The notes under the pieces: generated by a model
The model's input: the letters and a program-made list of their open reading frames with translations, nothing else
What the model was told of the DNA's origin: nothing
Databases searched by the model: none
Shown here: piece by piece, positions 12,408 through 24,367 of the stretch
Layout of the letters: each line of letters starts with the position of its first letter
Position numbering within the stretch: position 1 is the first letter of the stretch
Made by a program: the position numbers and the translations under genes
Source of the DNA: Macrostomum hystrix
Taxonomy: Eukaryota; Animalia; Platyhelminthes
Assembly (NCBI GenBank): GCA_950097015.1
Contig: CATNEN010000007.1
Coordinates: 10,478,001-10,542,000 of the forward strand
Length of the DNA: 64,000 bases
Direction of reading: 5' to 3'

Positions 12408-15181
12408 CACAGTGCTCATGGGAAGTCAAAATGACACAAAAAATTGCCCAAGAAAATGATTTTGTAAACCATATACCAGAGCATCTCGTATACCCAGAAC
12501 AGGTTTTTTTTAAATCGTAAGTGCTTGTCCTAGCGTACAACAGACTTTTTATTTTATTCAGCTTAAACAGGTCCTTTATTGTGAAGTTGCAACGAAAAAT
12601 GAAGCATTCCCATCTTTTTAGTATTTTATGCTGATCCTGCAATGCACAGAGTATTTAGTTTTGATTAGGGACGGCAGGAAAAAGTACAATAAATATTGAC
12701 TGCTGAGATTGTATCATGACTTTTGTGTGATGCATCACAGATGTGATATGGCAGTGTACAAAGTTGTAGAAAGCACTGTACATATGCGGCTAGTCACCTC
12801 ACTTGAAAATAAAGTCTGATATTGTCTGTCCTGTGACATAAATTGTTCCTTGCATCTATGCATAGCTCAAACGTTCTATTCGAATTCAGAAAAATGCCCA
12901 ACAGCCCAAAGAGCCACGATGAGTGCCTTCGTAGTGTGTGCCTGCTTTGCCTACGCAAGGCTGAGCGCTGTGTAAACGATGCAGCAGCGATTGAGCACTA
13001 CATCCTGCCAAACTTCTCATCTGTGCAGCATTTTCTTCCTGCTGGAGTGTGTGAGGGCTGTCGCCGAATCGTGTCTTCGCTAGCTGGCCCATCGCCTCGT
13101 CCTTTGCCGCCAAGACTTCTCTACGAGCAAATGCTTAAAGACTTGAGCAGCATCCCAGTCAGCAGAAGATCACAGCCCGACTGCCCATGTGAGATCTGCA
13201 GGATTGCTCGCAGCAACCTGCACAAAAACTCAGATCCATGCAGTATCTATGCAACTAGTTCGCCAAACTGTACGAGGGGCCGACCATCATCTTGCGGCGA
13301 TGCACCTCAGACTCCTGAACGGCTGTGTTCTGGCTGCCACTCGCCCATTGGTAAAGGAAAGACTCATCGCTGCAACAAGGCGACGCGGCTGATTAACTTG
13401 AGCACCCAGCTGAGCCCTGGAACGACAGAGCAAGTGGCCAGCACCGCAATCGCTGCCAAGCTGCAAGCAGCCGGATCTAGCACAGTGACTTTGAAAAGAC
13501 CACATGGAGGCAGGCCTCTGGCTGTCACTGTGGGTCACTGTGTGGAAGCAGCCAGCAGCTCAGGACAATTGGCTCAAGCGACCACAGCCACGATGCTTCA
13601 ACTGAAAGTCGCACTCAATCTGAGCAACAGGCAAACTCTACGAGCGGCTAGCATCTTGCGGATGGGAGCCGGCACAGTAAAGGCTGTACAATCGAACTTG
13701 GGAGCGAGTCTCGCAGTAAGAAGTCGGCATCTGGAAGATTTTTTTGTGCACAGTCTGCTGAAAGTGGATAGCGAAGGTTCAAAAATTGCTGTCGTTTGCA
13801 ATGATGTTCAAGGCTTAATCGAAAAGGTTGCTTTTGAAAGAGGTCACGACAATATCGATGTGAAGCTTGGACTTGACGGAGGTGGCGAGTTCTTCAAGAT
13901 CTGTGTCAGCTTACTACCTCGAAGTGAGAGCGAACCAAATCAGTCGACCAAGCACAAATTTTTTGCCGATTCTGGAGTCAAGAAGCTGCTGCTGTGCCCG
14001 ACATGGCCGAGTCTTACGACAATATAAAGGCACTCTTCCAGCTCTTGAGCCTTGGAGGCATCACAGTGAATGCAGTAGCCGCCGATATGAAAGTTGCCAA
14101 TCTCATCTGTGGACTGCAATCGCATGCGTCCAGGCATCCATACTGCTACTGCGAGACTCCAGTTCCGCTAGACACTTGCGGTCCAGTGCGGACAATCGGC
14201 AGAATTCGGCAGCTGGCGCTGGATTTCGCCAGCAGTGGCAAGGTGCGAAACACTGCAAAGGATTTTTTCAACTGCGTCGAGGCTCCTCTGCTTCAGGCAG
14301 ATGATGACGCAGAAATTCTCTTCATTCTGCCTCCACCAGAGCTGCACCTGATGCTTGGCATCACAAATCGCATTTTCGATGCTTTGAACACGGCGTGGGG
14401 TGACAACTGCGCTTATCAGTGGGCGCATGATCATAGCATTGTGCGTGTAGGATACCGCAGCGGCAGCATGGAGGGAAACGCGTGTCGCACTCTGCTTCGA
14501 CGATCTGCCGAGCTTCAGAATTGCCTGCCGTGGCAACTGAAGCACTACGGCTCCTGTCTGGTGAGCTTTGATGCAGTAGTCAGCAGCTGCTTTGGCTCCG
14601 AACTGCACGCGGATTTCCAGGACCGAATCGCGCAGTTCAAGGCCACATACGAGCTGCTCGGTTTGCCAATTTCCCCAAAAGTGCATGTGCTGTTGCACCA
14701 CGTGGGAACATTCTGCGCCGTCACTGGGAGACCACTAGGCACGTTTAGCGAGCAAGCCTTCGAGAGCGTGCACCGGGATTTCGCTCTAACATGGCAGCGA
14801 TATGCTGTGCCCATGCAGCACAGCACTTTCCCAAACGAACTGCTCCGAGCTGTTGTTGCTTACAATGGCTTTCATGTGTAGCTCACATTTATGTTTTAAG
14901 GTTATAAGTGACCATTTTTTTCTGAAAAAATACGCTGTTAAAACAGACTACTATGCATAAGCTTTTACTAATTCAATTTTAATAAGTTTTTTCCCATAGC
15001 AACGTCGCAATTAAGAGCCTGTTTTGGCCGAACAAAATAAAAAGTCTGTTGTACGCTAGGACAAGCACTTACGATTTAAAAAAAACCTGTTCTGGGTATA
15101 CGAGGTGCTCTGGTATATGGTTTACAAAATCATTTTCTTGGGCAATTTTTTTTGTCATTTTGACTTCCCATGAGCACTGTG
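12408..15181 (+). mobile_element. Chapaev-type DNA transposon with RAG1-related transposase, ~180-bp TIRs starting CACAGTG, 4-bp TSD GGGA
   Basis: TIRs at 12408-~12590 and ~14999-15181, the first ~150 bp nearly identical. GGGA at 12404-12407 and 15182-15185. Internal DDE transposase. Confidence 0.9.
12894..14881 (+). pseudogene. Chapaev/RAG1-like DDE transposase, frameshifted near 13990
   Basis: N-terminal Zn finger HDECLRSVCLLC...LPAGVCEGC...CPCEIC. Catalytic-type motifs GLDGGG, AADMKVAN, FSEQAFESVH; also PPELHLMLG, MEGNACR, PKVHVLLHH. The two ORFs join at KKLLL/VPDMAESYDN through a frameshift. Confidence 0.85.
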
Positions 15182-15525
15182 GGGAGCCACTTAAGTCTAT
15201 TAAATAATAGAAGATAATGAGGAACAAACCAGCGCTGATCCTGGGGTGCAGCTGCCTGGCTATGCACACAATACAGGCCGTTGCATTACTACTTTTAGTA
15301 GCGAGGAAAAGCAGAATTTAGCAATAAAAAACTCCCAGTCCCATTAGCTTAGATAGTCTCCTTCAGAAAAATTATTAAGAACGCGTGGGTAAAAATAACA
15401 TTCTAGAAGCTAAAACTGAAAATATTTGGTAAAAAAAACTGGAGTTAAAAAACCGGCTGCTCACGCAGTTGCTGATGCCAGAGCTCCCGCAACTGGCCCA
15501 ATCACACCTGGTATCACGCCAGGTA

Positions 15526-18500
15526 TCACACAAGGTGGTTGCCGCCGCGCTGCCTGTTCGGCTGTGCCAACTCGTGATGCACGCTCACGTGCTGCTGAGG
15601 ACCGACGGCTGTTGAAGGGCCTGCATTGCGTGAAAAGGACTACCTGGGTTAACTTGGGATCTGGGAGTTTTGCGGAATTCGTTAGGGATCAGGGAGACTC
15701 GAAGCCTTGACTGGGGATCTGGGATTTCGAAGCCTTGACTGGTGATCTGGGAGATTCGAAGCCTTGACTGGGGATCTGGGAGATTCGAAGCCTTGGTTAG
15801 GGATCTGGGAGATTCGAAGCCTTGACTGGGGATCTGGGAGATTCGAAGCCTTGGTTAGGGATCTGGGAGATTCGAAGCCTTGACTGGGAATCTGGGAGAT
15901 TCGAAGCCTTGACTGGGGATCTGGGAGATTCGAAGCCTTGACTGGGAATCTGGGAGATTCGAAGCCTTGGTTTTTTCCTTACCAGGAGCGGCAAAAGTGC
16001 CTCCGCTGCCACTTTCCACACCGGAGACGCCGCTGCCAAGCAGCGGAGTTCGCTCATCGCTGGCGACGGCCGCTGAAGAACTGGAGCTGCCGTCGGCGCC
16101 CCCGGCGTTCTCCTCGATCTCGGAGGACTCGCTGTCACTGCCGGGTCGGCGAGGAAACACGCGCCGCTTGCACACGGGACACACACTGCGGCTCTTCAAC
16201 AGCCACGGGTCGATGCAAACCTGGTGGTAGGCTGCGAGAGCGAAATGGACCGACATTAAGTGACTTGCTGCTTTGTGTTGGTCAGTAGGGGCGAGTGTTG
16301 GGTGTCAGTAGGGTATGTGTTGGGTGTCAGTAGGGTAAGTGTTGGGTGTCAGTAGGGTAAGTGTTGGGTGTCAGTAGGGTATGTGTTGGGTGTCAGTAGG
16401 GTATGTGTTGGGTGTCAATAGGGTAAGTGTTGGGTGTCAGTAGGGTAAGTGTTGGGTGTCAGTAGGGTAAGTGTTGGGTGTCAGTAGGGTAAGTGTTGGG
16501 TGTCAGTAGGGTAAGTGTTGGGTGTCAGTAGGGTAAGTGTTGGGTGTCAGTAGGGTAAGTGTTGGGTGTCAGTAGGGTAAGTGTTGGGTGTCAGTAGGGT
16601 AAGTGTTGGGTGTCAGTAGGGTAAGTGTTGGGTGTCAGTAGGGTCTATTTTTGGGTGTCAGTAGGGTCTAGTTTTGGGTGTCAGTAGGGTCTAGTGTTGG
16701 GTGTCAGTAGGGTAGTGTTGGATGTCAGTAGGATCTAGTGTTGGGTGTCAGTAGGGTCTAGTGTTGGGTGTCAGTAGGGTAGTGTTGGATGTCAGTAGGA
16801 TCTAGTGTTGGGTGTCAGTAGGGTCTAGTGTTGGGTGTCAGTAGGGTCCACTGTAATAAGTGTTTTGAGTCAGTTGAGTCAGGGATGAGATTAAGGTCAG
16901 TTAGGCCTGGCACAGTGTTATCTAGAGGTCAAAGCCTACCGTGGTTGCAGGGCAGGATCCTGAGCTTGTCGCCCTGCTCATAGTCCTCCAGGCAGATGGC
17001 GCAGCACTCGTACGGATCTGTCGCTTTGTCGAACTTCTTCTGCTGCAGCTTCTTCAGGCTGGATCGGGTCAGGCGATTCTTCTGGCGCTGTCGCCAGTCG
17101 CGGTACCACTTGGCGACCTTCGCGGGGAGAAATTTGCGGGTGAGAGTGGGTTAAAACAGTGAACAGCCTGGGATACTCGCATACTGGGATTCCCCCGTGA
17201 GAATCGCATACTGGGATTCCTACGTGAGAACCACATACTGGGATTCCTACGTGAGAATCGCATACTTGGATTCTCCCGTGAGAATCGTACTGGGTTTCCC
17301 CTTGAGAATCGCATATTTGGGTTCACCGTGATAATTGCATACTGGGATTCCCAGCGAGAATGCCCAACTGGGATTTCCACTGTGATAATAAAATACTCGG
17401 ATTCCCTTCAAATATGGCACACTAAAGGACACAAAATAAGCAAAAGGACAAAAATGGTGCACAGAAGCCAACACTCACCCACAGTGAGGTGAAGAACAAG
17501 AAGCAGACGCAGATGATGGTGATGAAGGGGATGACGTAGGCTCGGAAGTCCAGCGGATATGCCAACCAGAAGGTCAGGTAAAATCTGTTATTGTGTCCGG
17601 CGTATTGGCGCAGCAGGTAGCCACAGGACTCGGTCACCATGGCAGCGGGTATTCGTACACTGTTGCCATCTGTTGGGTTAAAGGAGGGTTGTCGGGAAAG
17701 ATAGCATAAATTAAACGTAGATGAGCATCATAAGAACACGGTTACAATATCTTGAGTGTACAGAGTCTGATCAGGATCCTGAGTGTGAGTAGGATGCTGA
17801 GTGTCAGTAGGATGCTGAGTGTGAGTAGGATCCTGAGTGTGAGTAGGATGCTGAGTGTGAGTAGGATCCTGAGTGTGAGTAGGATGCTGAGTGTGAGTAG
17901 GATGCTGAGTGTCAGTAGGATGCTGAGTGTGAGTAGGATCCTGAGTGTGAGTAGGATGCTGAGTGTGAGTAGGATCCTGAGTGTGAGTAGGATGCTGAGT
18001 GTGAGTAGGATGCTGAGTGTCAGTAGGATCCTGAGTGTGAGTAGGATGCTGAGTGTCAGTAGGATGCTGAGTGTGAGTAGGATGCTGAGTGTCAGTAGGA
18101 TGCTGAGTGTGAGTAGGATGCTGAGTGTGAGTAGGATGCTGAGTGTGAGTAGGATGCTGAGTGTGAGTAGGATGCTGAGTGTGAGTAGGATGCTGAGTGT
18201 GAGTAGGATCCTGAGTGTGAGTAGGATGCTGAGTGTCAGTAGGATCCTGAGTGTCAGTAGGATGCTGAGTGTGAGTAGGATGCTGAGTGTGAGTAGGATG
18301 CTGAGTGTGAGTAGGATCCTGAGTGTGAGTAGGATGCTGAGTGTCAGTAGGATGCTGAGTGTGAGTAGGATGCTGAGTGTGAGTAGGATGCTGAGTGTGA
18401 GTAGGATGCTGAGTGTCAGTAGGATGCTGAGTGTGAGTAGGATGCTGAGTGTGAGTAGGATGCTGAGTGTGAGTAGGATGCTGAGTGTCAGTAGGATGCT

Positions 18501-21500
18501 GAGTGTGAGTAGGATGCTGAGTGTGAGTAGGATGCTGAGTGTCAGTAGGATGCTGAGTGTGAGTAGGATGCTGAGTGTGAGTAGGATGCTGAGTGTCAGT
18601 AGGATGCTGAGTGTGAGTAGGATGCTGAGTGTCAGTAGGATCCTGAGTGTCAGTAGGATGCTGAGTGTGATTAGGATCCTGAGTGTGAGTAGGATCCTGA
18701 GTGAGTACAAGTATATGATCCTGAGTGTGGTTATGAAAGAAAGAAAACGCAAATTAGGAAACTAAAAACAATATTTACAATTTATCTACCGGGTGAGAGA
18801 AACTAAAGTGGCAAAAAATATTTTCAGAAAACTTTCACTTGAGACAGGGTGTCTGCCTGCCTGCAACTCGATAGATTATGATACGAAGGCGCTGAGCCAT
18901 CAGGTACCAGGCAAATGCCATGGTTTTATCAGTCCAAGCTGATATGAAAAGACTTTCACATTACCATGGCGCATTGCAGGGGGTTAAAGGTTAGGACATG
19001 GTAAATTAACATTTCCTAATTCTATTCTGTGGTTGCTGTTTCTTTCAAATTAATAATTATTTTTTGTCGAATTCGGCAAATGATATTCCAGTGCGATTCT
19101 TGATAACTGAGAGTGATAAGATCATATTACCAAGCTAAGGTGAAATATGCGTCCAATATGAAGATGTACATTCAATAGATTTACCACACAAATGCACAGA
19201 AGCCCCCTCACAGAGTTTATAGAATCAGCCACCTGTAACATGTCATCACCTGTTCAGGTATTTCTATAATGAAATTCCAAAGCTTTATAAATTCAGATTT
19301 CTATACTGACATACTGAATACTGAGACTTATGCAAAAGCAGTGTGCTCACGATCAGATGCGTCCATGCCGCTGAGCGTCTCCTCGTAGTTGACGATGAGG
19401 GCCACATCGAAGGCCGCCGCCTGCGCATTCAGCACCTTGGTGTCAAAGTAGCAGGCAGAGCGGCCGGGAAGATCCCGATCAATGACGGCTGCCCAGCCAG
19501 CCGCTGTGCCGTTGCGGCTGTGCGGCGGCCGCTTGATGCCCGTGCAGCCGTTGGACGGCTCCGCGCTCAGCGGGAAGGCCTGCAGCGGCGGCGGGGAGCG
19601 GGATGAGCTCATTGTGTTGATCAAAACTGAATCCTGCGCTAATAAGCATGAGGTAATAAGAACAATGATGCCACAATCACAGGGCAATAATCCGGGATTC
19701 TGTGGGCGAAGGTCCTGAAACCTAGGACTCGGTTGGAAATCCTTGGGCAATGTTATCAAGTCCAGGGATGCAATGATCCTCCAATCCTGGGATGCATTGA
19801 TCCTCCAATCCAGGGATGCAATGATCCTCCAATCCAGGGATGCAATGATCCTCCAATCCTGGGATGCATTGATCCTCCAATCCAGGGATGCAATGATCCT
19901 CCAATCCTGGGATGCAATGATCCTCCAATCCTGGGATGCATTGATCCTCCAATCCTGGGATGCATTGATCCTCCAATCCTAGGATGCATTGATCCTCCAA
20001 TCCTGGGATGCATTGATCCTCCAATCCAGGGATGCATTGATCCTCCAATCCAGGGATGCAATGATCCTCCAATCCTGGGATGCAATGATCCTCCAATCCA
20101 GGGATGCATTGATCCTCCAATCCTGGGATGCAATGATCCTCCAATCCTGGGATGCATTGATCCTCCAATCCTGGGATGCATTGATCCTCCAATCCTGGGA
20201 TGCAATGATCCTCCAATCCTGGGATGCAATGATCCTCCAATCCTGGGATGCAATGATCCTCCAATCCTGGGATGCATTGATCCTCCAATCCTGGGATGCA
20301 TTGATCCTCCAATCCTGGGATGCATTGATCCTCCAATCCTGGGATGCAATGATCCTCCAATCCAGGGATGCATTGATCCTCCAATCCTGGGATGCAATGA
20401 TCCTCCAATCCAGGGATGCAATGATCCTCCAATCCAGGGATGCAATGATCCTCCAATCCTGGGATGCAATGATCCTCCAATCCTGGGATGCAATGATCCT
20501 CCAATCCTGGGATGCAATGATCCTCCAATCCTGGGATGCATTGATCCTCCAATCCTGGGATGCAATGATCCTCCAATCCTGGGATGCAATGATCCTCCAA
20601 TCCTGGGATGCAATGATCCTCCAATCCTGGGATGCATTGATCCTCCAATCCTGGGATGCAATGATCCTCCAATCCTGGGATGCAATGATCCTCCAATCCT
20701 AGGATGCAATGATCCTCCAATCCTAGGATGCAATGATCCTCCAATCCTGGGATGCATTGATCCTCCAATCCTGGGATGCAATGATCCTCCAATCCTGGGA
20801 TGCAATGATCCTCCAATCCTGGGATGCATTGATCCTCCAATCCTGGGATGCAATGATCCTCCAATCCTGGGATGCATTGATCCTCCAATCCTGGGATGCA
20901 ATGATCCTCCAATCCTGGGATGCAATGATCCTCCAATCCTAGGATGCAATGATCCTCCAATCCTGGGATGCATTGATCCTCCAATCCTAGGATGCATTGA
21001 TCCTCCAATCCTAGGATGCAATGATCCTCCAATCCTGGGATGCAATGATTCTCCAATCCTGGGATGCAAACGAATTAAATCCTATGATGCAATGATCCTC
21101 CAATCCTGGGATGCAATGATCCTCCAGTCCAGGGATGCAATGATCCTCCAATCCTAGGATGCAATGATCCTCCAATCCTGGGATGCAATGATCCTCCAAT
21201 CCTAGGATGCATTGATCCTCCAATCCTGGGATGCAATGATCCTCCAATCCTGGGATGCAATGATCCTCCAATCCTGGGATGCAATGATCCTCCAATCCTG
21301 GGATGCATTGATCCTCCAATCCTAGGATGCATTGATCCTCCAATCCTAGGATGCAATGATCCTCCAATCCTGGGATGCAATGATCCTCCAATCCTGGGAT
21401 GCAATGATCCTCCAATCCTGGGATGCATTGATCCTCCAATCCTGGGATGCAATGATCCTCCAATCCTGGGATGCATTGATCCTCCAATCCTGGGATGCAA

Positions 21501-22938
21501 TGATCCTCCAATCCTGGGATGCAATGATCCTCCAATCCTAGGATGCAATGATCCTCCAATCCTGGGATGCATTGATCCTCCAATCCTAGGATGCATTGAT
21601 CCTCCAATCCTAGGATGCAATGATCCTCCAATCCTGGGATGCAATGATTCTCCAATCCTGGGATGCAAACGAATTAAATCCTATGATGCAATGATCCTCC
21701 AATCCTGGGATGCATTGATCCTCCAATCCTGGGATGCATTGATCCTCCAATCCTGGGATGCAATGATCCTCCAATCCTGGGATGCAATGATCCTCCAATC
21801 CTAGGATGCAATGATCCTCCAATCCTAGGATGCAATGATCCTCCAATCCTGGGATGCATTGATCCTCCAATCCTGGGATGCAATGATCCTCCAATCCTGG
21901 GATGCAATGATCCTCCAATCCTGGGATGCATTGATCCTCCAATCCTGGGATGCAATGATCCTCCAATCCTGGGATGCAATGATCCTCCAATCCTAGGATG
22001 CATTGATCCTCCAATCCTAGGATGCAATGATCCTCCAATCCTGGGATGCATTGATCCTCCAATCCTAGGATGCAATGATCCTCCAATCCTGGGATGCAAT
22101 GATCCTCCAATCCTAGGATGCAATGATCCTCCAATCCTGGGATGCATTGATCCTCCAATCCAGGGATGCAAACGAATTAAATCCTATGATGCAATGATCT
22201 TCAAATCCTAGAAAATTAATACCGAATACGCGAGCAATGATCAGAAGTACTAGACCGATTACCCCAAGTCAGCGATAATCCCCTAGTAAACAGATATAAT
22301 CCACTGGTAAACAGCGATAATCCCCTAGCACAACAGTGATAATCCACTGCGGCGATAATCTCTATGTATTACAGTGATAATTCTTAATTACTAGACCGAT
22401 AACCCTGAGACCGAAACTAGACCGAAAATACCAAGTAAAATATTGATGATCCCACACACTACAGAGATTATCTCAATGACTAGTGCGATAATGCTAATTG
22501 CCACAGCATTAATAAGAAATTCCTAGAGCAATTATGCAGATTCCTAGGATTGTCGCTTCGAATCTCTAGTAGTTCAAACATGGGGTTGAGCTGATACTCA
22601 CCCGGAAGCTGCCAAAAAGCTGGATGGGGCCAAAATTAGCGGGCTCGGCATAGCAGGAGTCCACAGTCTGATTGGTGGTACTGTCAACCTGAAATAGGAT
22701 TCATGTGCATGTTAAACAAAGCTATGCGAGTCACAGTTTAACTAAGAAATCAACTTAGGAAACACTTATGGTTGACTAATCACTCTTCCTTTTCTGTGTA
22801 AGGTGCAAATCCTATTTGAAAATATGTTATTATCATGAATAAGTTCATGACACTTACCACAAAAATGCGCAGCTTTGATCCACATAGTGCTGGCCAGGAG
22901 CAACCTAGCAGTACAAGCACCCTAATAATATGTGACAT
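15526..22938 (-). CDS. RNF13: PA-TM-RING E3 ubiquitin ligase, RNF13/RNF167 (godzilla-like), ~369 aa; exons 22938-22858, 22688-22602, 19579-19351, 17669-17479, 17117-16940, 16231-15983, 15620-15526
   Basis: Signal peptide; PA domain ([26 protein letters not shown]); TM segment [16 protein letters not shown]; RING-H2 [43 protein letters not shown]. Exons total 1110 nt. The last exon acceptor is less certain. Confidence 0.9.
15655..15970. repeat. 30-bp minisatellite in RNF13-like intron 6
   Basis: Unit GGGATCTGGGAGATTCGAAGCCTTGACTGG, ~10 copies. Confidence 0.95.
16293..16848. repeat. 22-bp minisatellite in RNF13-like intron 5
   Basis: Unit GTGTTGGGTGTCAGTAGGGTAA, ~25 copies. Confidence 0.96.
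17174..17405. repeat. Degenerate 27-bp minisatellite in RNF13-like intron 4
   Basis: Unit ~ATACTGGGATTCCTACGTGAGAATCGC, ~8 copies. Confidence 0.88.
17773..18730. repeat. 18-bp minisatellite in RNF13-like intron 3
   Basis: Unit GAGTGT(G/C)AGTAGGAT(G/C)CT, ~53 copies. Confidence 0.97.
19760..22200. repeat. 24-bp minisatellite (~100 copies) in RNF13-like intron 2
   Basis: Unit GATCCTCCAATCCTGGGATGCA(A/T)T. A variant unit GCAAACGAATTAAATCCTATGAT recurs at 21066, 21665 and 22168. Confidence 0.97.
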
Positions 22939-24367
22939 CAACCTGAAATTATAACAATTATAATAAGAAATGAAATTCAATTAACATCTTTAGATAATTA
23001 GTACAAGCAAGCAAGCAAGCAAGCAAGATTTTCTTTTTTAGTATATTTTTTTAGTATTATAATTGTAGTAACTGAATAAATTTACTTTGAATCTGGCATT
23101 TTTTCAAAGTTTAGTTAATAATCTTATCACAATATTTAATTTTGTGCTGACCAGAATATGTCAGTGCCAGCGCAGCTGTACTCAAAACCCCTCAACCTCA
23201 GTCTAGTTGAGGTAGGGTTGGTGCGCCCAGCCAGCTGACTCACTAAGCTGGGGGTTTTGCAAAGTCACGCCACCCTTTTGCACATATTTAGGCCTCTCTA
23301 TCTTATTCTTATGTCAATATATAATCATATAGGCAATGCAGCCCACAATTGCTACTGCCATTCAACCTCTCAAAACACTTTTAAACTCTTAAACAAAACA
23401 AAAAAAAAAAAACATATAATATATTATTTGAATCCTTGAGATAAAATTTTTAATGAGTATGCGTTAGGGTATTTAGCAAATATCAAACCCATACAAAGGT
23501 CCCCCAACACAAAAATATGGCATTTTGCACAATGAATAATTGCATCAAGGTAAAAAGTAATTACACAATAAGCAAAAACATACATTTTTGCTAGCAATAG
23601 CATAATTTTTTCTTGTTTCTAGAGAATATAATTTTTATAATACTAACACCATTAGCTAGACACTTAATAAAACTAAACCCTATTGAATGGTGAATGCCCA
23701 ATAATAAATTCAGAAAAATGAAATAGTTTTTTAAAAGTCTAGATAAAAAACTCTATATTCTCAAAGCAATGAAAAATGAAAACAATTAATTATCTGATTA
23801 AATAAGCTGTTTTAACAAATACTCGTACAGCTACAGCTTACTTTAGGGCCATGGTTGATCGAGTTGAATTAGAATGCATAAATTTGACAACATTATGGAA
23901 TTTTCAAAATATTGCACGCGCTATTTGTGACAGATTAAAGCAAATTGTTAAAAAAGTATCATATTAAAAAATAGAAACCAACAATTTTTTTTCCTTTACT
24001 GGAAATTATCACATAGAATAATGTTACATGTCTTTAAGCTGTTGACTGCTTTGTATTTACTTCTGTTTATTATCACTTCTAAATTAGTATTATTCGCTGT
24101 TTTTTATCGCAAATCTATCTTATTAGAAATAAAGAAAGCCTTTCTTGACAACGTCTCATTTCCGCATTACTTCGCCTCATCTCATCTGTTCATTTTGCGT
24201 ATAGATTATATTTTTATACATCAATCGCGCCAACCACATCCCTAGTGATATTTTACTTTTCCTTGCCTTCCAAAGCTTACAGATTTAAGTTTTTCTTTCA
24301 TATACATCCTAGCAAATTCAATGACTTTTCTTTGAATTTTTCTTATGGAACGTGGTTTCAGCACATC

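Noticed and set aside
12408-15181. A true RAG1-RAG2 (ProtoRAG/RAGL) transposon
   Set aside because: No RAG2-like ORF, no RING domain seen, 4-bp rather than 5-bp TSD, and spacers of 21/19 rather than 12/23.
17742-22171. Long repetitive ORFs ([22 protein letters not shown]); likewise ORFs at 26049-27505, 31788-32845 and 52104-53177
   Set aside because: They result from stop-free minisatellite units whose length is a multiple of 3, are open in several frames, and most lie in introns of real genes.
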